A DNA stretch of 64,000 nt from a virus (IMGVR_UViG_3300021387_000025:1-64000), one strand, 5' to 3'. Numbered from the stretch's first letter, positions 10,036-21,413 are shown. Numbers and translations are program-made. Notes: a model not told the origin generated them from the letters alone.

Positions 10036-11163
10036 TTAAGCAAAAGCTTTGACTAAGTAACTTCTATTACCAACAGCCACTGGAATTACACAAGAGCTAC
10101 TAGATACATAAGCTGTAGTCGATGAACGTGTGCATGCCCAGTATTGTCCAGCTTGCATAGCCACTACATATGTACTAATACTTGAATCATAACAAGTTCG
10201 ACGAAGAGTCTCGTTAGCATCTGTCACTAAAATAGTAGATGGTGTGAATCCAGGATTAAAACTCACATAATATAATGTTGATGGATTGCCTCCGGCATTA
10301 GTAGCACATGGAAAAGATCTTGTTGATGAAGCTGTGAGTGTTGCTGAATAAGCATATCTGATTCCGGCAGTCCCTGTAACGCTCCAAACGTTTGAACTGC
10401 CATTTGAAATTGATATAGTTACCCCACTCTTTATATTCGCGGCAGCCAAGTTTGACTATGATAGCGCGCCAAGAGTAATATTGGATGTAATATATTTTGG
10501 GGCAGACACAAGTGTTTGTGCAGAAGTGGTTGCATATTTTGCACCACCTGTTGACTAGTTAGGTATAGCACCAACTGTGATAGCTCCAGTGCAATAAGTA
10601 CCAGCACTAACAGCGGTTTGTGCAGAAGTAGAAGGAGTTACGGTAGTAGCTGCCTTAGTAGTTAATTGCTTGGTATTGCTTCCATTAACAGTAATTGTTC
10701 CTGCTGTTCCAGAACTTACATATCCAGCAGATACAGTAGGTGTAACTGATTTTGTTCCGCTATTAGACGCTGTAATTTTGCCAGCAGAATCAACACTAAT
10801 TGATGGTGCAACTGTAACTGTAGTTGCAGGTGTTGTTGCAGAACCGGATGATACCGATTTGCTTGCAGCTGAAGCATAATATCCAGCAGGTGCTGTCACA
10901 GTCGCGCCAGATGCTGTAAGATCCGTAGAAGATTTAGACGCTATTGTCCCTGTTGCTTGTGTGCCATCAGATGTATAAAATACTTTTGGACTTAATACAT
11001 CACTTGCGGTTGCAGTAGTATCGCTAATATCAATGCCAGCTTCTATGGCTTCAATATATTCTGGAAAATCATCAGCAGGAATTTCTTCGGTTGATCCAGT
11101 TTTTGCACGAATTGAATCAGCTATATCTGAAAATAAACTTGTTAAACTATTATGTACTGACAC
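10036..11163 (-). CDS. Ser/Thr-rich tail fibre-like protein (2 TAG=Gln)
   Basis: LTSLFSDIADSIRAKTG N-terminus, TATASDVLSPK and LAAANIKSGV motifs. Joins track ORFs 10555..11163 and 10036..10449. Confidence 0.75.
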
Positions 11164-11178
11164 TCTAGACCTCCATAT

Positions 11179-11844
11179 TTAATAAGAATTTCTCATTGCT
11201 CCTACAACTAAATTTGCCACATATTCGATGGCTGATTGAACGTCACTTCCGTAAACAGAGGCACCCGTCCACGGTATCTATCTTGCGTTTGGCACACCCG
11301 AAATATATCCTGTATCCACAGTATTTATTATATTATCAATTGTCTCATCTGATATTGAACTATAATTTGGTATTTTTCCGTCAGTTCTTACGTGATAATT
11401 TGTTCCATCATAAAATACCAAATATGTTCCAGCTGGCATTGTCCAATTTGAATCAGAAGATGGCAAACCATTAATATAAACAGGTATAGCACCTTTATTA
11501 TTTACATTTAAAGTAAATGCTCCAATAACAGTATTTGAATTAGTTAATGTTAACATAAAATACTAATTAGTAAGCAAGCTATAACCACTTAGTGATGCAG
11601 CCTTGTTTGGTGTTGCTGAACTAGAAGTACAATATGCAGAAGGTATTGTATCGGTATTAGTATCACTTGTCCAATAAACACTTGAACCATTACTTTTTAA
11701 TACTTGTCCATTGGTACCGGGACCATATGTTGTTCCACCTGAAGAAGTAGGAGCATTTATTGTTGTTAATTGCGCTTCATTACTGAATATTTCCCCAACA
11801 AACCGAGAAGGACCGGACACTAAAAGATCTTTTAATTGCGCCAT
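11179..11844 (-). CDS. Tail fibre-associated protein (2 TAG=Gln)
   Basis: Joins track ORFs 11563..11844 and 11278..11556 in frame. MAQLKDLLVSG start, GTNGQVLKSNG repeat, TAA at 11179. Confidence 0.75.
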
Positions 11845-11899
11845 AAATTTATCTCCTTTCTCTCATTTTTATTATAATCTAAAATTGTGGAAGTCAGAT

Positions 11900-12475
11900 T
11901 TAATATTCATATATTTGACCCCCTTCAACAACACTTAGTTTATTAAATCCAACTGGATCAAATCCTTCCCAAAAAGTATCTGAAATTAATTGCCCAGTTT
12001 TTGAAATAGAAATTTTATTTGTAGTATCTGTAATTTCTCTAAGACTTAAATGATAAATTTTTGCGGTCGCATTAGAGGCAGAACTACCACTCCAGTTATT
12101 TAAAATTCTTAATCTAATATAGGCTGTTTTATTTGAATTAGATGAAGAAATTACTTGATTTAAATTAACAGTACCTCTAACTCTTGTTTTGCTATGTGCA
12201 GTATTACTTGTACTTATTTGATAAATGCAACAAGAATTAGAACCAGTTGCCTTGTTTACATCATATCTTTCTATACCAATATAAAAATAATTTCCTGTAT
12301 CATTTTCATATGTAAAATCATATTCAAAGGTATGTGAAGGATCTTGTATTGGAATATATGCTTCTAAGGGTGCTGGCCAAATATGACCAATAAGAAGAAG
12401 ATAATTTTCTTCTAATTTTATAGATGTCCCATTTGTCTTTACAGAGCCGAGGCCTTGAAGAAGTTCTTGACTCAT
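11900..12475 (-). CDS. Hypothetical structural protein, beta-rich
   Basis: 191-aa ORF whose start overlaps the previous stop; lies in the fibre cluster. Confidence 0.65.
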   Translation of the reverse strand: MSQELLQGLGSVKTNGTSIKLEENYLLLIGHIWPAPLEAYIPIQDPSHTFEYDFTYENDTGNYFYIGIERYDVNKATGSNSCCIYQISTSNTAHSKTRVRGTVNLNQVISSSNSNKTAYIRLRILNNWSGSSASNATAKIYHLSLREITDTTNKISISKTGQLISDTFWEGFDPVGFNKLSVVEGGQIYEY

Positions 12476-14280
12476 ATCTCTACCACCTCCCTCGCATAAA
12501 CATTTCCTTTATTATCTATCGAAGCAGAAGTATTATATAATTCTTTTATATCATCGGCAGAAAGGGCTGTCGCATATACTCTAAAATCACTTTCTTGTCC
12601 ATTAAAATATGGTCCAGAAGGATTCATACCATTAGCTTCACATCCTAAAAATAATCTAGAACTATTTATATTATAATATATGCCATATGAAGTATAGGAT
12701 TTTGTTTGATATAATTCTCCATCTAAATAACAGCTACATCCAGTTGTTTCATATACATAAGTAAACATATGCCAGCCAGAAGTAATATCTGTTTTTAAAA
12801 TAGCCGCTCTTGAATTAGTATCAATATATGCTGTTGATGTTTGTCCAGCATTGGTATATACACATACTGAGAATGTTAATGAATTTGTTACAGTATTTTC
12901 AATATTAAATCCACCACCTTCAGTACACGAATATAATCTATGACCATTCCAAGAGGTCCAATCATTCATATAAGCCCAGATATTAACAGTAAGAGCGGTA
13001 GATCCCTATGCCATCCATTTATTATCATCAATTTTAATATATGATGAACTACCATTGAAATTTGCGGCCGTGCTATAACGAGGACTTGGACTAGACCATG
13101 CGATCGCATTAGCGGTCGCCACATGGTTATATCCAGAACAATCTTCAACTATATTTGAAATAAAACTGTCTGGAACCCAACCAGTAAATTCACTACCTTC
13201 TTCTACTTTCATATTCCACCAATTTATGGTTACGACTGTGCTACCATCACTATAAGAATTAGATCTTAATGAAATATACTACTATGAACTTGACAATGTA
13301 ATTGTCCATACGTGAGTATTACCAATTTTTCTATAATTATAATTTGAACTGTTTAAATTTATAGCGGTATCACGTTGACCATTCTACCAGTTTTTGCTAG
13401 TTCCAGTATTACAAACATAAGCCCACATAGTAAAATATTTATAACTTGGGTCAACACCGCCAGTATTATGAGCATTATTTAACGTACCATCACATTCTAC
13501 TGAAATTGTATATGTGGTAGATGGTTTCGCTTCAAAAGCACTATTGGTTATCCACTGATATCCATCTTTTGCAGATTTACTAGTAGTCCAAGGAGAAGAT
13601 TTTATATACGTATTTTTACAAGGTACTAAATTAGGATTACCTAATCCATTATTATCCAATTTATAATGCAACACAAGCCCGCGCGCAATTTCTTTTACTT
13701 CTTTTGCGGAAAGACAATGATCATAAATACGAAAATCATTTATATTTATATCTACTCCACTGTCACCAATCTAAAAATTACCGGTCTATATATAATGGTC
13801 TGTATAGACTCCTGTAGTATGCCCTACCAATGCACCATCTATATAAAAATCACTTGTTCCATTCAAATAACTAATACTAAAAGCAAGATGATGCCAAATT
13901 CCAACTGAAAAATCTTTGCCTGAATTAGAATTAGGGGAACCCGCAAACCACACTCCAACTTTAGTACAGTTAGTATAGAATTCTTGCCTAGAATATGTAT
14001 TAGTGCTTCCGTTAGTTGAATACCATCTAATTCCATCTAACCAATTTGTAGACCAGGCATTATTTACCCTAACCCAATAAGCAAACGACATTTCTTTTTT
14101 TCCAATCAGAGATGGAACGCTTATTGTATTAGTTATCTTTGTAAGTAATAGACTTGATTTACCAATTTTACTAGAAGTAGTGTCCCAACTATTATCACTA
14201 CCTATTCCATTTGTAATCACATTTGCCAATCCCTAATTTTTTAAATCCCCATCCAGGGGAAGCCAAACTTGTAAACTCAT
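12472..14280 (-). CDS. LamG/concanavalin A-like lectin-domain tail protein with two LamG domains (TAG=Gln)
   Basis: MSLQVWLPLDGDLKN-Q-G, WHHLAF..YIDG, NDFRIYDHCLS, WHMFT..YLDG and SDFRVYATALS. Four track ORFs lie in one frame. Confidence 0.85.
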
Positions 14281-14292
14281 TTAGCTACCCCC

Positions 14293-15237
14293 TTATGTGA
14301 ACACAAAATTCAAAACTTCTAAAGTAGCATCATATTCTAACTAAACTTTTTTAGTAGGAGTGGTTGCCCCACTGCCATTACCAATAGTAAGATCTTTTAC
14401 TACAGGTTGTTTGTCATACGCAGCCGCCTAAGTAGCAGCAACGTTTGCCCAATATATATCTGGCAACCTCGCAAAAGCAAAAGTACCTGATCCAATCGTA
14501 GACGCTGCCAAACTATTAATTGTATGAGTATGAGTCCCAGCAGCAGTAACATGCCCAGCCGCATCATAAGTAACATACGGTACGGCTAAAGTCGCGCCAG
14601 ATGTCGCTGAAGAAGTACCAGCTGTTCCAGCAGTGACCGAGGTTGCATGTCCAATAGTAAATGTGTCAGAACCTGCAGTAGAGCTATTGTTCGCCGCGAC
14701 CTAAATCCATTTATTTCCAGGATTTATTGTCAATAACTCATTATAAGTAGAAGATTCAGCAGTAGATGTATTTGGAGTAATTGCAGTTGTCGCTGTAGAA
14801 GCTGTACCAGCTTTAATTTTTCCAAATCCCGCATCACGATTATTTGTGTCATAATAAGCGTCACAAACCCATCTATTATCAGTAGTAGCTGTGCCACTTA
14901 TTTTTATGTCCCCAGCCTTATAATAAGTCATAAAAATGGATCTACCAGCGCCATAATGAGTAGTTAATCTACTAGTATGAATATAGCAATTTATAGCGCC
15001 AGTAGTAGTTTCATCATCTAACGTAAGATTAAGAGTTGCATTGCCGCTACCAGCATAAGGTAAATAATAATTAATAGTCAGACCAGAATATAATGCACTA
15101 ACGCCATGCAAATTACCGGTCCATGAACCAGTAACAGCGGTCTATGTGCCAATAACAGTGTATACGCCGCTTTTATAACTATCCTTTAAATCATAGCTTG
15201 TGCCATTCGGTAATTTAATTTTACTAATATTCGCCAT
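14293..15237 (-). CDS. Tail fibre-like protein (4 TAG=Gln)
   Basis: MANISKIKLPNGTSYDLKD start, YDAAGHVT motif and a C-terminal YDATLEVLNFVF. Includes track ORF 14701..15111. Confidence 0.8.
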
Positions 15238-15264
15238 TTATACCTCCTTTAATAGCGGTATAAA

Positions 15265-16641
15265 TTACTCGCCTTTAGTAACTGTAATTGATGTATCGCT
15301 CTTAAGAACTGTAACTTGATCCTTACTATTCCAAGCAACCGCGCCATTAGTTGCTGCCGCAGTTAAATAAGCGTTTGTCGCGCTACTTTCTACAACAGAA
15401 ACCTTACCGGTACCACTTGAAGTTCCCTTTGAAACAGTAATTGTGGGCTGTGTGATCGTAAAAGTAGAACCGGATCCAATAACATTTGCTGTACCATTAG
15501 CTGTAGCATCGGTAGCGACAGAAATGACACCAGTCCCAGCCGTTGCACCAGTCGCAAGAGCGATCGTAGGTTGCGTAACTGTAAAAGTAGCATCTGCGCC
15601 AATAACAGAATCTGTAGAAGAAGCACTAACATCAGTAGCTACCTCTGCCCCGCCACTAGTTGCAAGAGAGCCGGTCGCAAAAGTAGTTGCAGTAGAATTT
15701 TTAACGGGAACAGCTACATCTGAAAAAGTATATTGAGTTGTAGACTAAGTATTCATAGAAGCTGCCCCAATTGTTAAAACTTCATCAGTTACACTGCAAC
15801 CTTTCAACCAATCTGTATTATTAGTAGTTGCTGTACCGGCGCCAGTGGCTGTTGTCTAACTAGTTCCAGCAGTAGCTTTAGAAGCAGTAGTTGTGGTGCT
15901 ACCAACACCATAAATCGTACTTGTTGCCAAATGACTTTTTGTAGCACTTACGCCAGTAACAGCAGTTACAGTATCTTTAGAATTCCAAGTTGTGTTGGCC
16001 CCCGATGCGGTAGCTTTGATATTTGTTTTTGTAGCGCTCACTCCAGTCAATACTGTCTTTTGGTCTTTAGAATTCCAAGCTGTGTTCGCGCCAGTCGCAC
16101 TTGCGCCGATATAGTTCGTAGATTGGCTCAAAGATCCAACCACACTAACTGCGCCAGTTGAACTAGTCTCAGATGAAGAAAGCGTTACACTTGGCTGTGT
16201 AACTTTAAAAGTAGCATCACTACCAATTACTGTATCAGTTGACTTATTAAGAGTTACATTAGTAACGACACCAGACAAATCAATTAAAGTATCGCCAATC
16301 TTCTCCCAAGTTTTTGTACTTTCTCCAATAGTAACATATTCATCAAATAAATCTAATGTTCCAGCTTGAGTCTTGGAATAAATAAGATAAAACTTACCAA
16401 CAGTGTCCGTACCTGCCTCTAATGTACCAGTCGCGCTACTTGCGCCATTATTATAGTAAACAACCACTCCAGCAGGAATTGTAGCTAACTTCGCAGTCGT
16501 TGGCGCTGAAGTTGCAGCATATTCTGCAGCAGTCCATACAATGTTAAACGATACACCACCAGCGATCATCTATCTGGCTACAGCATCTTTTATATCATAT
16601 TCATTACCAGAGGGTAATTTAATTTTACTAATATCCGCCAT
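15265..16641 (-). CDS. Thr/Ser/Ala-rich repeat fibre protein (3 TAG=Gln)
   Basis: MADISKIKLPSGNEYDIKD start, three WNSKD repeats and three VIG..ATF.VTQP-type repeats. Confidence 0.8.
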
Positions 16642-16650
16642 TATTTCTCC

Positions 16651-17016
16651 TTAATTTCTGCTAAAAATTAAAGTTTCGCCCTATAATTCATCATTTAATA
16701 TTTCATAGGCGTCATCAATGTCAACTTTATGATTCCAAAATTGACGATCTTCATTACTAACATGAATTGAAGAATCGTTAATATGTGTTAATAATTTATC
16801 TCTTATATCGTCTCCCACAAATGGAAGATCCTGAACATAAGCCTTACCATCACCTATTTTAAGAGTAGGTATATTTATTACTGTTCCGTTTTGTTCAATC
16901 TACTACCCATCTAAATAAATAATAACTTCTCCTTCAAGTGGTATAAAGCCTCGCGCAGCATTCCAATTTGCAGTAGTATCTCTTTTTAATTTTATTCTTG
17001 TATTTATTGTACTCAT
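16651..17016 (-). CDS. Mtd/hyaluronidase N-terminal-like fibre anchor domain protein (3 TAG=Gln)
   Basis: RIKLKRDTTANW..PLEGE..KIGDG..DLPF and HV...DRQFWN motifs. Confidence 0.75.
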
Positions 17017-17038
17017 TTCATACCTCATAATATTACAA

Positions 17039-17839
17039 TTAAGTAATAACTGTAGTACTTGTGCCGCAATCTATTAACATTCCTTCTTCTATTGAAATTA
17101 CGTTATTCGTAATATCAATTCCATTTCCTGCTGCGTAAGTACTGCTATGGGCTGAAATATAATTAATTAAATCTGCCTGATCTGTTATATTTCCTGTAAT
17201 ATTTCCCCACTCAGCAGAAGTTTGAGTATTAGAAATAATTACTTTTCCCTATTGATTAATTGCTATAGATATTCCATCGCCGGCATTTTCAAAAGTAAGT
17301 TTACTTTGAATATTTAAATCTTCAAGACTACTATTCCCTTCTAAAGTTGTATTGTTTATTGATGGTTTATTAGTTAATGAATTATAATTAGTTGAGGCCA
17401 TACCATTAATTATTTCAAAATCTGTAACATGGCCATCTGTAAATGTTATTCTATAAGTATCGACCCTTACATTTTCATCAGTATAACGACTATTTATTTT
17501 TTCAATAAAAGCTATACCAATACCAATGTCTCCTTTTTCGCCCTTATCACCTTTTTCTCCCTTTTCGCCCTAAGATCCCTGCTCTCCCTGCGGGCCGGGT
17601 TCTCCTTTAGGTCCTTCTGGTCCCCTGATAGACACAGGATCAGGATTAGGTAAATTACCATCATTTGTCCAAGAAATAATTCCTTCCGAAGAAACATCTG
17701 GTATAAAAGTCGCGCCCTTGATGCCAGGAATGATTTCTGGCTTAAATTCTACCCCAGTGACTGGATCTTGAATTATATCTACTATCGTTTCTGGAGTATT
17801 CAAAATTTCAACTTCTACAAGCTAACGAGGCTTCTTCAT
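17039..17839 (-). CDS. Collagen-repeat fibre protein (3 TAG=Gln)
   Basis: GPEGPKGEPGPQGEQGS-Q-GEKGEKGDKG, NYNSLTNKPSIN, WGNITG and YAAGNGIDI motifs. Confidence 0.8.
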
Positions 17840-18166
17840 TTATCCCTCCTCTGGCTTACTAAATAACGTTGGATGCATTCGTAAGGTCACAATAGGAGTT
17901 TCAGGTATCGCGCCGCTTATTAATGTTATTTTTATATCCATATAAAACAATTCATTTTCGGCAAAAAGCCATGTATCTTCTTCTGTGAATGGTATTTCAA
18001 AAGTCTAACATTCATCATTATAAGTTACATCGCCTGGATAATTCTTAATTAGTATATCTGGGGCTAAATGGGATTTTTCCTATTTAAAAAGAAAAACAAT
18101 TGATTGAATATCTTCGCTGTTGAGTTTAATTCGAACGGGCAGGGTCGTCGTTGTTCCATTTTTCAT
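17840..18166 (-). CDS. Small structural adaptor-like protein, MKNGTT type (2 TAG=Gln)
   Basis: GTTTTLPV...FTEEDTWLF resembles 8631..8939 and likewise precedes a collagen gene. Confidence 0.65.
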
Positions 18167-18189
18167 TTGCGCCTCCCGCGATTAATTAA

Positions 18190-18393
18190 TCACAAAACTA
18201 TATTACCTGTTTCAGCATACCAGTTATTATCATTGCCCATATAATACGTGGCACCTTCTTTTAATACATAGACACGATCACCAAATAATGCTTTAATTTC
18301 CTAAAGATTGGATTCTTCCATAGCGTAGTATAATCGGTGCTGCGTATTTGCACGATTAAATGATTCAACTAAAATATAATCTGTTTCAGCCAT
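18190..18393 (-). CDS. Small hypothetical protein, first gene of the fibre/lysin operon (1 TAG=Gln)
   Basis: AAAGGAG SD; 67 aa; GDRVYVLKEGATYYM...W. Confidence 0.65.
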
Positions 18394-18408
18394 TATATTT
18401 CTCCTTTT

Positions 18409-18483
18409 AAAAAAATAAGGTATACGCATGGTATACCCTTCATTGAATAGCAAAAATTAACAAAAGTCGCGGTTACACCATGC
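18409..18483 (-). promoter_or_regulatory. Leader with an intrinsic terminator and a possible antiterminator
   Basis: Minus-strand AAGGGUAUAC-CAUGC-GUAUACCUU-AUUUUUUU just before the SD. Upstream GCAUGGUGUA is complementary to UAUACCAUGC. Confidence 0.55.
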
Positions 18484-18506
18484 TAATATTTAATCTTCCA
18501 TATATA

Positions 18507-18533
18507 AAGTAGAAAACATAAAAGAAAACTTTA
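18507..18533 (-). promoter_or_regulatory. Putative phage-specific (late) promoter TAAA-N17-CTACTT
   Basis: Motif at the head of the fibre/lysin operon. Confidence 0.6.
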
Positions 18534-18557
18534 AAAAGATGAAGAAATAAATGGAAT

Positions 18558-18586
18558 TTGACTTTTAAAAAATTTTTTAGTATACT
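18558..18586 (+). promoter_or_regulatory. Sigma-A-type promoter
   Basis: TTGACT-N17-TATACT; AAAGGAG SD before 18630. Confidence 0.75.
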
Positions 18587-18629
18587 ATTAATAGAAAATG
18601 GATAAATATCCTTTGAAAGGAGTTTTGAA

Positions 18630-19280
18630 ATGAATCAAAATTATGGAATTGATGATATTAAATCATTAGACTTTAGAGAAGGAGTTCGTGATTGGTGCGT
18701 ATATAAACATATATGTAAAATTACAAATAAAGTTTATATAGGACAAACCAATAATATTTCAACACGCTGGAAACCTTCTGCTTATAAAAACTGTACCAAA
18801 TTTTATAATGCCATTCAAAAATATGGTTGGGACAATTTTGACCATATTATTCTTGAGTCAAATTTAACATTACAAGAAGCTAACGAAAAAGAAACATATT
18901 ATATAGAATTATACAATTCTATTAATGACGGATATAATTTAAATTATGGTGGTTTGAATAAATTAGCTTCAGAAGAAACTAAAAAGAAAATGAGTGAGAC
19001 TCGTAAAGGAGTGCCGCACTCAAAAGAACATTCAGAAGCTATAAGTAAGGCACTAACTGGATATAAATAGTCAGAAGAGCATAAAAGAAATAATAGATTA
19101 GCTCAGCATCGTAAACCAGTTCAATGTATTGAAACTGGAGAAATCTATGATAGTTTAGCTGAAGCTGGTAGAAAAACTGGAATTTTACCAGAAACAATAA
19201 GTAGATAGATTAAAGGCAAACAAAAGACTACACAAGGATTACATTGGAGATTTATTGAAGATGAATTATACAGCGAATGA
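18630..19280 (+). CDS. GIY-YIG homing endonuclease with NUMOD-type C-terminal modules, fused to a GyrB-like 20-aa N-terminus (2 TAG=Gln)
   Basis: CVYKH..KVYIGQT..RW..GYNL, SEETKKKMS / HSKEH repeats and KPVQCIETGEIYDSLAEAGR..GLHWRF. TGA at 19278-19280. Confidence 0.85.
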
Positions 19281-21114
19281 TATAGTAAGCCTTAGCGCAG
19301 GACGCGCTTTTCGTGAAAAAATTGGAATGTATTTATCAGCGGATAGGCAAGAAGCTATTAATCTTGGACTTCGAGAATTAATTGTAAATGTTCAAGATGA
19401 ATATGAAGTATATAAACCAGAAAATCCATTACTTCATATTGAACTAAACACAAAAACACGAACAATTCAAGTTGCAGATAATATGCGCGGCATTCCTGTT
19501 GGTATTCGTGATGATGGTATTAATTCACTTACTGCCGCTTTTCTTATCCCTCATTCGGGCGGAAAACATACCGAGGGTGTATATTCTAGTGCTGTAGGTA
19601 TTAATGGCGAGGGATCAAAGATTGTTTGCCATACCGCAAAATGGCTTGAGGTAGAGGTATATCGTGATAAAAAACGATATACCCAAAGGTTTGAATCTGA
19701 TGATGAAGGCGCGCGAGCAGTAACTCAAATAATTGAACATGATCATCCTAATACACATACTGGTACTGTCATTACTTATGTACCAGATCCAAAGGTTTAT
19801 GGAGACATATTTATCGACATTGACAATTTACGAAAGACTCTTAATGAAATGTCAATGTTTTCTACTGGTTTATGTATTGAACTTTGCGTTGATGGACAAA
19901 CAGAAACTTTTTATTCAAAAAGTGGACTAATTGATGGACTTTCAAAAGAAAATCGTCTCTCAAAACCTTTTTCTTATCATTATGAAACAGATGACTGTAA
20001 AGTTGATTTAGCTTTACAGTGGGTGAGCAAGCACGGTGTTATTAAAGGCTATGCGAATAATTTATTTATGCCAGATGGCGGAGCATTTATTAGCGGTTTT
20101 AAATCTTCGTTAACACGAACATTTAATTCACTTGCAAAAACCAAGTATGACGGTGATACAATTAGAGACGTCTTAGATGGATTTGTTAGTGTAAAGGTTA
20201 AATTGGGTCAATTTACAAATCAGCAAAAGACGGCATTAGCAAATCCAGAGGCACGAACAGCCGCGTCTACAGCAATTAGTGACTGTTTAAAAGAGTTTGC
20301 GTTAAAAAGAAAAAATGATTTTGAACAAGTCATCGAATTGCTTCATAAAGTGGCTCGCGCTGAAGCTGCGGCTGAAAAGGCGCGCCAGCAAGTTTTAAAC
20401 GCGGTTAAAGAAGTCGAAAAGAACCAGAAAAAGAAAGTCTTTGCGTCAGATAAATTGAAGGATGCAGAATTTTTGGGAGAAAACTCAACTCTTTTAATTG
20501 TAGAAGGTGATAGTGCGATGGGCGGAATGGCTCAGGCGCGAGATTATACAAAATATGGACTTTTAGCTATTCGCGGTAAAATTATTAACTGTTTATCTAA
20601 CCCAGAAGAAAAAATCTTCCAAAATGAAGAAATTAAACTTTTACTTAGCGCAATGAATATTACGCCTGGTAAATATAATGCATCTAAGTTAAGATATGGA
20701 AAAATTGCCATTTGTACCGATGCAGACAGCGATGGCGGGCATATAGGACTTTTAATCATGGCGGCGCTTGCATATTTAGCACCGGAGTTTATAAAAGAGG
20801 GACGTCTTTGCTGGCTCCGTTCACCTTTATATATCATTGATAATAAAGGAAAAGAAACTTATTACTTCACTGATGAAGAATTTGATAAAGTTAGAAAAAC
20901 AGTCAAAGGCGTTGTGACAAGAGCAAAGGGGTTAGGCGAAATCCCGGCAGAAACAGCCCATGCATCTATGTTTACGCCCGAATTTCAAAGAATGGAAGTT
21001 TTACAGTATTCTGAAGACGCATTCGAGCTGTTATATAAGTTAATGGGAATTGATGTTGAGCCAAGAAAAGATTTTATTATGAAGAATATTGACTTTTCGG
21101 AGGTTAGAGAATGA
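19261..21114 (+). CDS. gyrB: Type IIA topoisomerase B subunit (GyrB/ParE)
   Basis: GMYL, ELIVN, DNMRGIP, HSGGK, VEGDSA, IRGKIIN, TDADSDG and KGLGE motifs; no TAG. Confidence 0.93.
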   Translation: MNYTANDIVSLSAGRAFREKIGMYLSADRQEAINLGLRELIVNVQDEYEVYKPENPLLHIELNTKTRTIQVADNMRGIPVGIRDDGINSLTAAFLIPHSGGKHTEGVYSSAVGINGEGSKIVCHTAKWLEVEVYRDKKRYTQRFESDDEGARAVTQIIEHDHPNTHTGTVITYVPDPKVYGDIFIDIDNLRKTLNEMSMFSTGLCIELCVDGQTETFYSKSGLIDGLSKENRLSKPFSYHYETDDCKVDLALQWVSKHGVIKGYANNLFMPDGGAFISGFKSSLTRTFNSLAKTKYDGDTIRDVLDGFVSVKVKLGQFTNQQKTALANPEARTAASTAISDCLKEFALKRKNDFEQVIELLHKVARAEAAAEKARQQVLNAVKEVEKNQKKKVFASDKLKDAEFLGENSTLLIVEGDSAMGGMAQARDYTKYGLLAIRGKIINCLSNPEEKIFQNEEIKLLLSAMNITPGKYNASKLRYGKIAICTDADSDGGHIGLLIMAALAYLAPEFIKEGRLCWLRSPLYIIDNKGKETYYFTDEEFDKVRKTVKGVVTRAKGLGEIPAETAHASMFTPEFQRMEVLQYSEDAFELLYKLMGIDVEPRKDFIMKNIDFSEVRE

Positions 21115-21413
21115 GTGATTTTGAATATTCTGCAAAAAAAATTAATAGATTAATAGAAGAATATAATCTTTCTCCAGTTATAATGAGCGGAGTTCATAAC
21201 GACCTAAAAAAGTTAAAGCCAATAATAGAAAAAATATATGATGAACATATCTTTAATCTTTCTTATTGGGAAAATGAATGTGCTTACCATGGTTGGGATT
21301 GGTCAAAAGATAATGGTAAAATGAAAAATATGGCGATTATTACTGATGAAATCACCAAAAAATTTTTAGAAATATACGCATTAATTTTATCAGGGTTAGG
21401 AGAAAAGATTTGA
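21111..21413 (+). CDS. Hypothetical protein
   Basis: ATGA overlap with gyrB; 100 aa. Confidence 0.65.
   Translation: MSDFEYSAKKINRLIEEYNLSPVIMSGVHNDLKKLKPIIEKIYDEHIFNLSYWENECAYHGWDWSKDNGKMKNMAIITDEITKKFLEIYALILSGLGEKI

Noticed and set aside
10036-17016. Diversity-generating retroelement (Mtd-N-like domain and fibre genes)
   Set aside because: No reverse transcriptase and no adenine-mismatched TR/VR repeat pair seen in the window.
18420-18500. Suppressor tRNA-Gln (the minus-strand ATGGTGTAA resembles the start of some tRNA-Gln D-arms)
   Set aside because: No T-loop, CUA anticodon arm or acceptor stem. I recognised no tRNA anywhere in the window.
18690-19310. Group I intron or T4 gene-60-style ribosomal hop in gyrB
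   Set aside because: The whole interval is coding, leaving no room for a ribozyme core. 625 nt is far longer than the 50-nt T4 bypass, and downstream gyrB has its own SD and a complete N-terminus.
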